A DNA stretch of 64,000 nt from an uncultured Gemmatimonadales bacterium (GCA_963816355.1 CAWFKH010000003.1:480001-544000); one strand, 5' to 3'. Counted from the stretch's first letter, positions 46,680-58,026 are shown. Translations and numbers: made by a program. The notes: generated by a model from the sequence alone, not told the origin.

Positions 46680-48218
46680 ATGCTGGCACAGGTGCGGAGC
46701 GGAGCGGTACTGGGCGTCGAGGCCTACCTCGTTCGCGTCGAGGTGGACGTCTCATCCGGCCTGCCCGGGATGAGCGTCGTCGGGTTGCCCGAGGTAGCCG
46801 TTCGGGAGGGAAGGGAGCGCGTCACCGCCGCGCTCCACAACAGCGGCCACGTCATCCCGCCGCGCCGCGTCACCATCAATCTCGCGCCGGCCGATGTCCG
46901 CAAGGAGGGCAGCGCCTTCGATCTGCCGATCGCGCTGGGGCTGCTGTGCGCGAGCGGCGCGGTCCGGCCGGAGGCGCTCGACGGCCTCTGCTGCGCCGGC
47001 GAGCTGGGCCTCGACGGCGAGCTGCGCCCGATCCGCGGCGCGATCTCGCTCGCGCTGCGCTGCGCGCGCGAACGGGTCCGCTCGCTGCTGCTGCCAGCGG
47101 CGAGCGCGCCGGAGGCGGCCGTCGTCGAGGGGGTGGAGGTGCACGCGGCGGCCACGCTCGGCGACGTCGTCGCCCACCTCACCGGACGTGCGCCGTTGCC
47201 CCCCGTCCGCGTCGATCCGGCGAGGCTGCTCGAGGCCGCTCCCGATCGCCGCGCTCTCGACCTGGCGGACGTCCGCGGCCAGGTCGTCGCGAAGCGCGCG
47301 CTCGAGATCGCCGCCGCCGGAAGCCACAACCTGCTGCTGATCGGGCCGCCCGGGTCCGGCAAGTCGATGCTCGCTCGCCGCCTGCCGTCCATCCTGCCGC
47401 GCCTCACGCTCGCCGAGGCGGTCGAAGTGACGCGCGTCCACTCCGCGGCGGGGCGGCTCCAGCCCGGCGCCGCGCTGCTCGCCGCACGACCGTTCCGCGC
47501 GCCGCACCACAGCATCAGCGATGCCGGTCTGATCGGCGGCGGCGCGTTTCCGCGCCCGGGCGAGGCGTCGCTCGCGCACGGCGGCGTGCTCTTCCTGGAC
47601 GAGCTGCCGGAGTTCCGGCGCCACGTGCTCGAATCGCTGCGCCAGCCGCTCGAGGACGGCCACGTCCACATCGGCCGCGCGCGCGCCAGCATCGTGCTGC
47701 CTGCGCGCTTCACGCTCGCCGCCGCCATGAACCCGTGCCCGTGCGGCTATCACGGCGACGGCCTCGGCCGCTGCACCTGCCACGCGGGCGAGATCCGCCG
47801 CTACGTCGCGCGCCTGTCCGGGCCGCTGCTCGACCGCGTCGACCTCCACGTCGACGTCCCCTCGCCGCCTGCCGGGGACCTCCTCCACGGGCAGGGCGGC
47901 GAGAGGAGCGAAGAGGTGCGGGCGCGCGTCGACGCCGCCCGTGAGCTCCAGCGCGTCCGGCTGGGAGATGCCGCCGCGGCCAACGGCCGCATGAGCGCGC
48001 GCGAGGTGCGTCTGCACTGCGAGATCGACGGTGCGGGCGAGCGTCTGCTGCGGAGCGCCGTCCACCGCCTCGGCCTCTCCGCCCGCGCCTGCCATCGCGT
48101 GCTCAAGGTCGCGCGCACCATCGCCGACCTCAGCGGCGCCGAGCGGATCGGCACCGCCCACCTCGCCGAGGCGATCCAGTACCGCAGCCTGGACCGGCGG
48201 GCGCGCGTCGTGGTGTAG
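46680..48218 (+). CDS. comM: ComM/YifB Mg-chelatase-like AAA helicase
   Basis: VTINLAPAD..KEG..FDL, GELGLDG, GPPGSGKS, PFRAPHH, LFLDELPEF, AAMNPCPCG. Confidence 0.94.
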   Translation: MLAQVRSGAVLGVEAYLVRVEVDVSSGLPGMSVVGLPEVAVREGRERVTAALHNSGHVIPPRRVTINLAPADVRKEGSAFDLPIALGLLCASGAVRPEALDGLCCAGELGLDGELRPIRGAISLALRCARERVRSLLLPAASAPEAAVVEGVEVHAAATLGDVVAHLTGRAPLPPVRVDPARLLEAAPDRRALDLADVRGQVVAKRALEIAAAGSHNLLLIGPPGSGKSMLARRLPSILPRLTLAEAVEVTRVHSAAGRLQPGAALLAARPFRAPHHSISDAGLIGGGAFPRPGEASLAHGGVLFLDELPEFRRHVLESLRQPLEDGHVHIGRARASIVLPARFTLAAAMNPCPCGYHGDGLGRCTCHAGEIRRYVARLSGPLLDRVDLHVDVPSPPAGDLLHGQGGERSEEVRARVDAARELQRVRLGDAAAANGRMSAREVRLHCEIDGAGERLLRSAVHRLGLSARACHRVLKVARTIADLSGAERIGTAHLAEAIQYRSLDRRARVVV

Positions 48219-48240
48219 GACGCTGGCCGGGTCGCGTCCA

Positions 48241-48270
48241 TTGACGGTCCGCCATTCCGCGCCGCATGTT
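48241..48270 (+). promoter_or_regulatory. promoter TTGACG-18-CATGTT before the amidase
   Basis: -35 48241-48246, -10 48265-48270. Confidence 0.4.
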
Positions 48271-48318
48271 TGTCGCCGCCTGCCTTCCCCACCCCCCTCC
48301 TCCCTCCAGAGGTGCACG

Positions 48319-49905
48319 ATGGCTCTCGCGGACGAGCTGGCCTATACGACGGCGACCGAGCTGGCCGCGCGCATCCGACGTCGCGAGCTGTCGCCGGTCG
48401 AAGTGATGGATGCGACGCTCGACCGTATCGAGGCGCGCAATCCGAGCCTCAACGCCCTGGTCTACTTCGGCTTCGACGAGGCGCGGGCGCGCGCCCGCGA
48501 GGCGGAGCGCGTGGTGATGGCGGGCGAGGCGACGCCTCCGCTGCACGGCGTGCCGACGGCGATGAAGGACCTCTTCGACTTCAAGCCGGGGTGGGTCAGC
48601 ACCTTCGGCGGCATCCGCGCGCTGAAGTCGTTCGTGCTGGACGCCTACTGCGCGTTCGCGGAGCGCATCGAGCGTGCGGGCGCGATCATCGTGGGCAAGA
48701 CGAACGCACCGGTGCTGGGATTCCGCGGCACGTGCGACAATTATCTCTTCGGCGCCACACGCAATCCGTTCGACCTGGAGAAGAACACGGGCGGCTCGTC
48801 CGGGGGCAGCGCGGCGGCGGTGGCCGACGGCCTGCTCCCCTTCGCCGAGGGCACCGATGGCGGCGGCTCGATCCGCATACCCGCCTCCTGGTGCGGGGTC
48901 TACGGCTACAAGGCGTCCTTCGGCCGCGTGCCCTTCCTCACCCGCCCGAATGCGTTCGGCGGTGACACGCCGTTCCTCTTCGAAGGCATGCTGTCGCGGT
49001 CCGTCGACGACGCCGCGCTGGCGATGAGCGCGCTCGCCGGCTACGACGCGCGCGATCCGTTCAGTCTCGACGAGGAGGTCGACTTCATCGGCGCGCTGGG
49101 GCAGTCGATCCGCGGCTGGAAGATCGGCTACACGCCGAATTACGACGTATTCCCGGTCCAGGCGGAGGTGCGCGAGGCCGTGGCGAGGGCGGTGCGTGCG
49201 TTCGAGGAGGCGGGCGCGCACGTCGAGGAGGTGGAGGTCGGGATCCGTCGCCCGCAGCACGAGCTGAGCGACGTGTGGTGCCGGCTGATCACGCCGATCA
49301 GCCTGCTCACGCTGGACTTCTTCAAGCGGCAGGGGCTGGACCTGCTGCGCGACCACCGTGAGGACTTCCCGCCGCAGCTCCTGGAGTGGCTCGAGGTCGG
49401 CAGCCGCATGTCCGCCCTCGACTTCTACCGCGACCAGGAGGTGCGCACCGAGATCTACGACGCCGTCCAGGGCGTCTTCGGCCGCTACGACCTGCTGGTG
49501 AGCCCCACGCTCTCCTGCCTCCCCGTCGCGAACGCGGGCGATGGCAACACGGTGGGCCCGAGCGAGGTCGAGGGCGAGGCGGTGGACCCGCTGATCGGCT
49601 GGTGCCCCACCTATCTGATCAACTTCTGTGGCAACCCGGCCGCGTCGATCCCCGTGGGGCTGTCGCGCGACGGCATGCCGATCGGCATGCAGATCGTCGG
49701 GCGTCGCTACGCCGACACGCAGGTGCTCGCCGCGAGCGCCGCCTTCGAGCGGCTCCGTCCCTGGAAGGACACCTACGCGCGCTGCGCCGCGCGGCCGCTG
49801 GTAGCGCCTTCCGGCCGCACCGGAGCGGCCGGTGCGGCGCGCGCCGACGTGGGCGGCGTCCGGCCGGAGCCGGCTCTCGACGGGCCGCTGCCGCCGCCGA
49901 GCTGA
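48319..49905 (+). CDS. amidase-signature family protein
   Basis: [34 protein letters not shown]. Confidence 0.93.
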   Translation: MALADELAYTTATELAARIRRRELSPVEVMDATLDRIEARNPSLNALVYFGFDEARARAREAERVVMAGEATPPLHGVPTAMKDLFDFKPGWVSTFGGIRALKSFVLDAYCAFAERIERAGAIIVGKTNAPVLGFRGTCDNYLFGATRNPFDLEKNTGGSSGGSAAAVADGLLPFAEGTDGGGSIRIPASWCGVYGYKASFGRVPFLTRPNAFGGDTPFLFEGMLSRSVDDAALAMSALAGYDARDPFSLDEEVDFIGALGQSIRGWKIGYTPNYDVFPVQAEVREAVARAVRAFEEAGAHVEEVEVGIRRPQHELSDVWCRLITPISLLTLDFFKRQGLDLLRDHREDFPPQLLEWLEVGSRMSALDFYRDQEVRTEIYDAVQGVFGRYDLLVSPTLSCLPVANAGDGNTVGPSEVEGEAVDPLIGWCPTYLINFCGNPAASIPVGLSRDGMPIGMQIVGRRYADTQVLAASAAFERLRPWKDTYARCAARPLVAPSGRTGAAGAARADVGGVRPEPALDGPLPPPS

Positions 49906-49917
49906 TCCGCGGGCGAG

Positions 49918-50325
49918 TCAGGCGCCGGCGTCGAGGCGCGCTTCGGCGCGCAGCGGCTCGAAGAGCTCGATCGGATTTCCCGCCGGATCCTCCACGATGA
50001 CCTGCTTCACGCCGACGCCGGTGACGACGTCGCCGCGGAAGCGGGCGCCGGCCTCGCGCAGACGCGCCACCGTCGCGTCGAGGTCCTCGACCTGGATCGC
50101 GAAGCGATTCCAGCCGCCCGGCGCCGGCGTCGCCCCGTCCTGTGCCGGGGCGCCGCCGCCGGGCGAGGGATTCGGCGCGCTCAGCACCAGACGGAGGTCG
50201 CCGCGCGTCAGCATCGCGAACGGCGGCGCCGGGTGCATAACGAGGTGGAAGCCGAGGCGCAGCGTGTAGAACGGAATGGCGGCGTCGACGTCGTCGACGA
50301 TGTAGCGGACCTGTACGCTGGCCAT
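49918..50325 (-). CDS. VOC/glyoxalase family protein
   Basis: VRYIVDDVDAAIPFY...LGF, VEDL, EDPAGNPIELFEP. Confidence 0.9.
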   Translation of the reverse strand: MASVQVRYIVDDVDAAIPFYTLRLGFHLVMHPAPPFAMLTRGDLRLVLSAPNPSPGGGAPAQDGATPAPGGWNRFAIQVEDLDATVARLREAGARFRGDVVTGVGVKQVIVEDPAGNPIELFEPLRAEARLDAGA

Positions 50326-50487
50326 TCTCTTCCTCCCTTGCGCGCCTCACGCGCGCAGCAACCGTTGGGCCTGCCCCGGCAGGCCGGTATGAAATTAGGC
50401 ATGGCGAGCGCTCCGCGGCCACCGGCCGGCGCGGCGAGCGCGCGCGGGGGAGCGGTGCGGAGCGCACCCGGCGGCGCCTGGAGGTCC

Positions 50488-50516
50488 TTGTCGTGCCACT
50501 GCGTCGCGCATAATAT
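50488..50516 (+). promoter_or_regulatory. promoter TTGTCG-17-TAATAT
   Basis: -35 50488-50493, -10 50511-50516. Confidence 0.5.
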
Positions 50517-50655
50517 CGACGCACCCTCCGTTCCCCCGGCGTGGCGCGAGCCGCGTCCGTTCCCCGGTATTCGACGCGCGGGTCGCTCCGTCTCCGCCAT
50601 GGCGGCGCCATGAGTCGGCCGCCCGCGTCCGCTCGCAACGCTCCGGAGCAAGCGG

Positions 50656-52587
50656 TTGAAGAACGAAACGAATCCCGAAGCACGCGATGCCGCGGCGGCG
50701 CTCAGTTCCGTCCTGGACGACCTTCTCGAGGGCGTCCAGATCATCGATTTCGAGTGGCGCTACGTCTACCTGAACAAGGCGGCCGGCCGACACGGCCGCC
50801 GCGCTCGCGAGGAGCTGATCGGGCGCACCATGACGGAGGCGTATCCCGGCATCGACGCGACGCCGGTGTTCGCCGCTCTCCAGCGCTGCATGACGGAGCG
50901 CGCGCCCCAGCAGATGGTGAATCGTTTCACCTACCCGGACGGCCGCGCCTCGTGGTTCGACCTCCGCGTCAACGCCGTCCCCATGGGCATCCTCGTCCTC
51001 TCCGTCGACGTGACGGCGCAGAAGGAAGCCGAGCTGCTGCTCCGCCAGAGCCGTGAGGATCTGGCGACGACGCTGGATTGCATGGCGGACGCGGTGATCG
51101 CCACCGACCGGGGCGGCCTCGTCACGCGCATCAACCCGGCGGCGCGCGAGATGATCGGGTGGGGCGAGGAAGAGGCTCGCGGGCGGCCGCTCGACGAGAT
51201 GGTGCGCTTCGTCGACCAGCGGACCGGCGAGCCGCTCTCCGACCCGGTCCGGCAGACGCTGGGCGGGCAGCGGAGGATCGGCGCCGCGGGAGAAACGCGC
51301 CTCGTCGGGCGCGGCGGCGCGACCTTGCCGGTCGCGGCGAGCGCGGCTCCGTTGCGGGACGCGGACGGCACGGTGCGCGGCGTGGTCCTCGTGCTGAAGA
51401 ACATGAAGGTGGAGCACGAGCTGACGCTGATGCTCCAGCAGTCGCAGAAGATGGAGGCGATCGGTCAACTCGCGGGCGGCGTGGCCCACGACTTCAACAA
51501 CCTGCTCACGGTGATCGCAGCGCACGGCGACATGCTGCTCGGCGAGATCCCGGCGACCGATCCGATCCGCGGCGACGTGGAGGAGATCCGGTCGGCGGCC
51601 GATCGCGCCGCTTCCCTCACCCGTCAACTGCTCGCCTTCAGCCGCAAGCAGGTGCTGCAGCCGGAGGTCGTCGCCCTCGACGCCGTGGTGGAGGGAATGG
51701 AGCCGCTGCTCCGCCGGCTGATCGGGGAGCACATCGAGCTCGTCACGGACCTGAAGCCCGGTCTCGTGCCCGTCCTGGTCGACCCGGGCCAGGTCGAGCA
51801 GGTCGTCATGAATCTGGCCCTCAACGCTCGCGACGCGATGCCGGACGGCGGCACGCTCATCATCGAGAGCGCGAATGTCGAGCTCGACGACGAGTACGCC
51901 CGCTCCCATCCCGGCGCGCTCATCGGTCCGCACGCGATGATCGCCGTGACCGACACCGGCGCCGGCATGGACGCGGCGACGCGGGCGCGCATCTTCGAGC
52001 CGTTCTTCACGACCAAGGAGACTGGGAAGGGGACCGGTCTCGGGCTCGCGATGGTGTACGGCATCGTGAAGCAGAGCGGCGGCGACATCTGGGTCTACAG
52101 CGAGCCGGGGCGCGGGACGACGCTCAAGATCTATTTCCCGCGCGCCGACGTCGAGCCGGCCGCCGCGCCGGCCGCCGCGAGCGCGCCCGGACCCGTGCGG
52201 GGCGCCGGCACGATCCTGCTGGTCGAAGACGACGACGCCGTGCGGCGCGCGGTGCGGCGCATGCTCGAGAGGGGCGGCTACACCGTGCTCGACACCGGCA
52301 GGCCCCAGGAGGCGATCGAGCGCTGCGCGCGGGCCGCCGAGCCGATCGACCTGCTCCTCACCGACGTCGTGATGCCGGGCATGAACGGGCGCGAGATGGT
52401 CGAGCGCATCCTCGCGGTGCGGCCGGGGATCCGCGTCGTCTACATGTCCGGCTACACCGACGACGCGATCGTCCACCACGGCGTGCTCGACCCCGGCACC
52501 GCCTTCATCGAGAAGCCGATCACCGCCGATCTCCTGCTCCGCACGCTGCGCCGCTACCTCGTCGATCCGCCGCGCATCCGCGAATAG
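50656..52587 (+). CDS. cytoplasmic PAS-PAS hybrid histidine kinase with receiver domain
   Basis: QSQKMEAIGQLAGGVAHDFNNLL, NARDAM, FEPFFTTK, GTGLGL, LLLTDVVMP. Confidence 0.94.
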   Translation: MKNETNPEARDAAAALSSVLDDLLEGVQIIDFEWRYVYLNKAAGRHGRRAREELIGRTMTEAYPGIDATPVFAALQRCMTERAPQQMVNRFTYPDGRASWFDLRVNAVPMGILVLSVDVTAQKEAELLLRQSREDLATTLDCMADAVIATDRGGLVTRINPAAREMIGWGEEEARGRPLDEMVRFVDQRTGEPLSDPVRQTLGGQRRIGAAGETRLVGRGGATLPVAASAAPLRDADGTVRGVVLVLKNMKVEHELTLMLQQSQKMEAIGQLAGGVAHDFNNLLTVIAAHGDMLLGEIPATDPIRGDVEEIRSAADRAASLTRQLLAFSRKQVLQPEVVALDAVVEGMEPLLRRLIGEHIELVTDLKPGLVPVLVDPGQVEQVVMNLALNARDAMPDGGTLIIESANVELDDEYARSHPGALIGPHAMIAVTDTGAGMDAATRARIFEPFFTTKETGKGTGLGLAMVYGIVKQSGGDIWVYSEPGRGTTLKIYFPRADVEPAAAPAAASAPGPVRGAGTILLVEDDDAVRRAVRRMLERGGYTVLDTGRPQEAIERCARAAEPIDLLLTDVVMPGMNGREMVERILAVRPGIRVVYMSGYTDDAIVHHGVLDPGTAFIEKPITADLLLRTLRRYLVDPPRIRE

Positions 52588-52719
52588 TCGCCGGCTCCCG
52601 CCCGGGCCGCCCCGAAGGAACCCGCGTCGCGAAGGGAAGTACTAGTTCCGGAGCCCGGATTCCCCGGCCGCCGCGGCCTCGCCGGCGGTCCTCCTCGCCC
52701 ACCGATCGACGGGTCCCGC

Positions 52720-53565
52720 ATGGACGCTCGGGTTTCGGAAAGCGCCACGCAGGCGAAGCTCGTCCGCCTGGAGTCGATCATCCGCGACTGCGGATCCGTC
52801 TGCATCGGCTACTCGGGCGGCGTGGACTCCGTCTTCCTCGCGCTGGTCGCGCTCCGCGAGCTCGGGCCGCGGCGCGTGCTCGCCGTGACCGGTCGCAGCG
52901 CCTCCTACCCGGCTGTGCAGCGCGAGATGGCGCGGGCGTGTTCGCGGCGCTTCGCCATCCCGCACCTCGAGATCGACACCGACGAGGTCGAGGATCCTCG
53001 CTACGCGGCCAACCCGTCCGACCGCTGCTACTACTGCAAGAGCGAGCTGTGGTCACGGCTGCACGCGGTCGCGCGTGGCCGCGGGCTCGCCGCGGTCCTC
53101 GACGGCTCCAACGCGGACGACGCCGGCGACTGGCGGCCCGGCCTGCGCGCCGCGGGCGAACGCGGGGTCCGCTCCCCGCTCGCCGAAGCGGGTCTCACGA
53201 AGGCCGAGATCCGCGCCCTCTCGCGCGCGCTCGGCCTCCCCACCTGGGATCAGCCCGCGGCCCCGTGCCTGTCGAGTCGGCTGCCGTACGGCCTTGCCGT
53301 GACGCCCGAGCGCCTCCGCCAGGTCGAGCGCGCCGAGACGCTACTCCGCGACGTCGGCTTCTGCGAGTTCCGCGTGCGTCATCACGGCGACGTCGCCCGG
53401 CTCGAGTTCGCGCCGAGCGAGCTGCCCCGGGCGGCCGAGCTGGCGATGTCCGTCGCGGGGCGCATCACGGCGCTCGGATTCGCCGCGGTCGTGCTCGACG
53501 TCGAGGGCTATCGTCGCGGCGCGCTCAACGAAGCCCTCCCCCTCGTGAGGATCTCCGCGGCATGA
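52720..53565 (+). CDS. larE: LarE family PP-loop sulfur transferase
   Basis: YSGGVDS, NPSDRCYYCK, DGSNADD...RPG, SPL, PCLSSRLPYG, RVRHHG, GYRRG. Confidence 0.92.
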   Translation: MDARVSESATQAKLVRLESIIRDCGSVCIGYSGGVDSVFLALVALRELGPRRVLAVTGRSASYPAVQREMARACSRRFAIPHLEIDTDEVEDPRYAANPSDRCYYCKSELWSRLHAVARGRGLAAVLDGSNADDAGDWRPGLRAAGERGVRSPLAEAGLTKAEIRALSRALGLPTWDQPAAPCLSSRLPYGLAVTPERLRQVERAETLLRDVGFCEFRVRHHGDVARLEFAPSELPRAAELAMSVAGRITALGFAAVVLDVEGYRRGALNEALPLVRISAA

Positions 53566-53864
53566 GCGACGACCTCGCCCTGCAGGCGGAGCGGCTGCTG
53601 CGCGAGCACGGCCTGCACGCGCACGTCACGGTGCGCGGCTTCGACGGCAGCATCGCCGCGGTCGCGGCGCCGGTGCAGGAGCTGGAAGCGGTCGCGCGCC
53701 TCGCCCCGAAGCTGCGCGAGCTGGGCTTCCAGTACGTCGCGATCGACCTCGGCGTCCCCTCCGAGGGACCGGCCGACCCGCCCGGTCGCGAGCCTCCCGG
53801 AGACGGCGCGGACGGCGCCGACCGGGACGCGGACGGAGACGACGACGGACGTACGAGCCGATGA
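53562..53864 (+). CDS. small protein resembling the LarE C-terminal domain, with acidic Pro/Gly tail
   Basis: ATGA overlaps at both ends; AERLLREHG..VTVRG...LRELGFQYVAIDL; lies at the 3' end of track ORF 51078-53864. Confidence 0.8.
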   Translation: MSDDLALQAERLLREHGLHAHVTVRGFDGSIAAVAAPVQELEAVARLAPKLRELGFQYVAIDLGVPSEGPADPPGREPPGDGADGADRDADGDDDGRTSR

Positions 53865-55093
53865 CGCTTCCCGACGACGTCGTCTACCTCGACTTCGCGG
53901 CGACGTCGGCGCGGCGGCCGGGAGAGGTCGTCGAGGCGGTCTCGCGCTACCTGACGGAGGTCGGCGCGACGCCCGGCCGCGCCGGCCATCGCCTCGCGCG
54001 CGACGCCGGCCGCGTGGCGCTGGAGTGCCGCCAGGCGCTCGCCGCTCTCTTCGGCGTGCCGGGCGACGCCGGCCGCATCGCCTTCACGTTCAACGCGACC
54101 CACGCGCTGAACGTCGCGCTCGCGGGCACACTGCGGCGCGGCGACGTCGTGGTGCGGACCGCGCTGGACCACAACGCGGTTCGCCGTCCGCTCGTCCGGC
54201 TGGCGCGCGAGCGCGGCGTGGAGGTGCGGGTGGTTCCGGCGACGCGCGATGGCGCGCTCGATCGCGGCGCGCTGGTGCGGATGCTGCGCGGCGCGCGGCT
54301 CCTGGTCGTGAACCACGCTTCGAACGTGCTCGGCACGGTGCTGGACGTGGCGGATCTCGCTGAGCGGGCGCACGCCGCGGGCGCGCTGGTGCTGGTGGAC
54401 GCGGCGCAGACGGCGGGCCACGTTGCGATCGACGTCGGCGCGCAGGGGATCGACCTGCTCGCGTTCACGGGACACAAAGGGCTGCTGGGACCGCAGGGCA
54501 CCGGGGGACTATGGGTGCGCGAAGGCGTGGAGGTCGAGCCGCTGCTCGCGGGCGGCTCGGGCGGGGACTCGCTGCTCGCCGACATGCCCGCCGCCTGGCC
54601 GGACCACTTGGAGGCGGGTACCCTCAACGCGCCCGGGATCGCGGGGCTGGCGAGCGGGGTTGCGTGGCTGCGACGCGAGGGGGTCGAGCGCATCCGCGCG
54701 CGCACGTCGTCGCTGCACCGCGCGCTCGCGGACGGGCTCGCGGCGATCGAGGGACTCGACGTGCTCAGCCCGCTATCGGCGCAGAGCGTGCCGATCGTGA
54801 CGATCGCCTCGCCGCAGCTGCGCGCGGACCGCCTCGCGGACCGACTCGACCGTGAGCACGGCGTCCTCGTGCGGGCGGGGCTGCACTGCGCCCCCGATGT
54901 GCATCGGCTGATCGGGACCGCGGAGACCGGCGCGGTGCGCTTCTCGCTCGGCTGGTCGACCACGGAGTCGGACGTGGCGCGGGCGCTGGAGGCCGTGGCG
55001 CGAACCCTCCGCGCCGCGTCGCGAAGCGGGCCCCCCGTTTCCGCCGGCGCCATCGGAGGCGACGGCCCGGACGACGAGAGCAGAATCTCCTGA
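53861..55093 (+). CDS. class V PLP aminotransferase, group II cysteine desulfurase / selenocysteine lyase-like
   Basis: YLDFAATS, NATHALN, HASNV.G, DAAQTAG, TGHKGLLGPQGTG, EAGTLN, RAGLHCAP. Confidence 0.9.
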   Translation: MTLPDDVVYLDFAATSARRPGEVVEAVSRYLTEVGATPGRAGHRLARDAGRVALECRQALAALFGVPGDAGRIAFTFNATHALNVALAGTLRRGDVVVRTALDHNAVRRPLVRLARERGVEVRVVPATRDGALDRGALVRMLRGARLLVVNHASNVLGTVLDVADLAERAHAAGALVLVDAAQTAGHVAIDVGAQGIDLLAFTGHKGLLGPQGTGGLWVREGVEVEPLLAGGSGGDSLLADMPAAWPDHLEAGTLNAPGIAGLASGVAWLRREGVERIRARTSSLHRALADGLAAIEGLDVLSPLSAQSVPIVTIASPQLRADRLADRLDREHGVLVRAGLHCAPDVHRLIGTAETGAVRFSLGWSTTESDVARALEAVARTLRAASRSGPPVSAGAIGGDGPDDESRIS

Positions 55094-55110
55094 GGAGGCG
55101 AAGCGACTCG

Positions 55111-55701
55111 ATGAGGCTGTTCATCGCATTGAATCTCCCGGCCGCGGAGCGCCGCCGTCTGGCGCGCGCGAGCAAGCCACTGCGCGAGTCGGCGCTTCCG
55201 GTGCAGTGGCTGCCGCCGGAGTCCCTCCACCTCACGCTCAAGTTCCTCGGCGAGGTGCCGCCGGAGGAGGCGGAGAAGGTGGAGCGGACGGTGCGTGAGA
55301 TCGCGGCCAAGTCGTCGCCGTTCCCCCTCGAGCTGAGTGGCTTCGGCGCCTTCCCCTCGTTGCGCCGCCCGCGGGTCGTGTGGTGCGGCGCCAACGCGCT
55401 GCCGCAACTGCGCGCGCTGAAGCACGACCTGGAGTGGGAGCTCGCCTCGCTCGGGTTCGAGCGAGAGCTGCGCGCGTTCCACCCTCACGTCACGCTCGGC
55501 CGCGCGCACTCCGACGCGCTCGCCGGCGAGTTCCGCGAGCTCGAGGGGATCGTCGCCGGGCTCGAGTACGGCGCCGTCCTCGACCCGCACACGGTCGACC
55601 TCGTGCAGAGCCGCCTCTCTCCGGCGGGCGCGACGTACACGATCGTGGCGCGCATGCCGCTCGGGCGTGCATCCCGCGTGGGCGGGCGGGCTCACCGATG
55701 A
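55111..55701 (+). CDS. thpR: RNA 2',3'-cyclic phosphodiesterase (2H family)
   Basis: MRLFIAL, HLTLKFLG, FHPHVTLGR. Confidence 0.93.
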   Translation: MRLFIALNLPAAERRRLARASKPLRESALPVQWLPPESLHLTLKFLGEVPPEEAEKVERTVREIAAKSSPFPLELSGFGAFPSLRRPRVVWCGANALPQLRALKHDLEWELASLGFERELRAFHPHVTLGRAHSDALAGEFRELEGIVAGLEYGAVLDPHTVDLVQSRLSPAGATYTIVARMPLGRASRVGGRAHR

Positions 55702-55714
55702 GGCGGATGGACGC

Positions 55715-56365
55715 ATGATACGGAGCTGCTTCGGCCGCCTCTTCGCGATCGTCCTGCTCGCGGCGATCGGCGCGCTCGCGTGGTTGAACCGCGACCGCCT
55801 GCTCGGCGCCTGGCACGCGCGGCACCGCGCCGTGGCCGTCGCAGAAGCGCCCTCGGCGGCCCTGGCCGAACGCGCCGCCGGCAAGCTCGCCTCGCTCGGT
55901 GAGGGCCGCGCCTCCACGCGCGTCGCGCTCGCGCAGCCGGAGGTGCAGAGCCTGATCGACTACCGCTTCGCCTCGGCGATCCCCTCCTACCTGCACGACC
56001 CGCGCGTCGTGCTGGACGAGGACGTGATGGAGGTTCGCGCGCGCGTGCCGCGCGAGGCGATGCCGGAGATCCCGGGCGCCGGCGAGTTCATCTCGCTGCT
56101 TCCGGACACCACGGAGGTCGCGGCGCGCACGCGCCTGCTGCCGCTCCAGGAGGGCCGCGTCGCGCTCGCCGTCGGCCAGATCAGCGCGGCCAAGATCCCG
56201 CTTCCGGGCCGCATGATCCCGGCGCTGCTGCGGCGCCTGGGCAGACGGGAGGAGCCCGGACTGCCGGGCGACGCGATCGCCGTGCGGCTGCCCGAAGGCG
56301 TCTGCTCGGCCTACGTGCACGCCGATTCGCTCGTGCTCGTGGGGCGCGAGGGGGGCTGCCGCTGA
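55715..56365 (+). CDS. hypothetical membrane-anchored protein
   Basis: N-terminal TM (CFGRLFAIVLLAAIGALAW), coding-like codon usage, operonic spacing. Confidence 0.7.
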   Translation: MIRSCFGRLFAIVLLAAIGALAWLNRDRLLGAWHARHRAVAVAEAPSAALAERAAGKLASLGEGRASTRVALAQPEVQSLIDYRFASAIPSYLHDPRVVLDEDVMEVRARVPREAMPEIPGAGEFISLLPDTTEVAARTRLLPLQEGRVALAVGQISAAKIPLPGRMIPALLRRLGRREEPGLPGDAIAVRLPEGVCSAYVHADSLVLVGREGGCR

Positions 56366-56367
56366 GG

Positions 56368-57725
<1,358 letters not shown>

Positions 57726-57729
<4 letters not shown>

Positions 57730-57914
57730 CCTACACGCTGGCGTGGGCGCTCCTCGCCGTGCTGTGGGCGGCGACGTCGCTCGGCGGCGGAGCGCTGCTC
57801 GGCCTCCTCGCCCAGCGCATGCACCCCGCGCTCTCCTTCCGCAGGCTGTGGCTCTTCTACGCATTCCTCATGGCGCTCTTCACCGGCGTCGTCTTCGCCG
57901 TCGCGTGGCTGTGA
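57726..57914 (+). CDS. small two-TM membrane protein, putative CTG start
   Basis: 62-codon frame LTYTLAWALLAVLWAATSLGGGALLGLLAQRMHPALSFRRLWLFYAFLMALFTGVVFAVAWL; CTGA overlap with upstream stop; GGAGG at 57717-57721. Confidence 0.7.
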
Positions 57915-57928
57915 GCGGCCGCGACCGC

Positions 57929-57957
57929 TTGCGACGACTCCGCCGGCGTGCCACTAT
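57929..57957 (+). promoter_or_regulatory. promoter TTGCGA-17-CACTAT
   Basis: -35 57929-57934, -10 57952-57957. Confidence 0.4.
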
Positions 57958-58026
57958 CCCCGTCGGCACGAGAGGGAGAAGGGCGGAGCGCGCGCGCCGC
58001 GGCGCCCGTCCGAACGGGGAGACGGC

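Noticed and set aside
52588..52719. Nickel/cobalt riboswitch upstream of larE
   Set aside because: Short hairpins are present but I could not recognise the NiCo four-way junction; needs cmsearch
51078..53561. 928-aa ORF 51078-53864
   Set aside because: Only the last 100 codons look real; the rest overlaps the hybrid kinase and larE out of frame
53555..53870. Selenocysteine read-through or frameshift fusing larE, the small ORF and the desulfurase
   Set aside because: The TGAs are ATGA start/stop overlaps into different frames, LarE is already complete, and no SECIS-like hairpin was recognised
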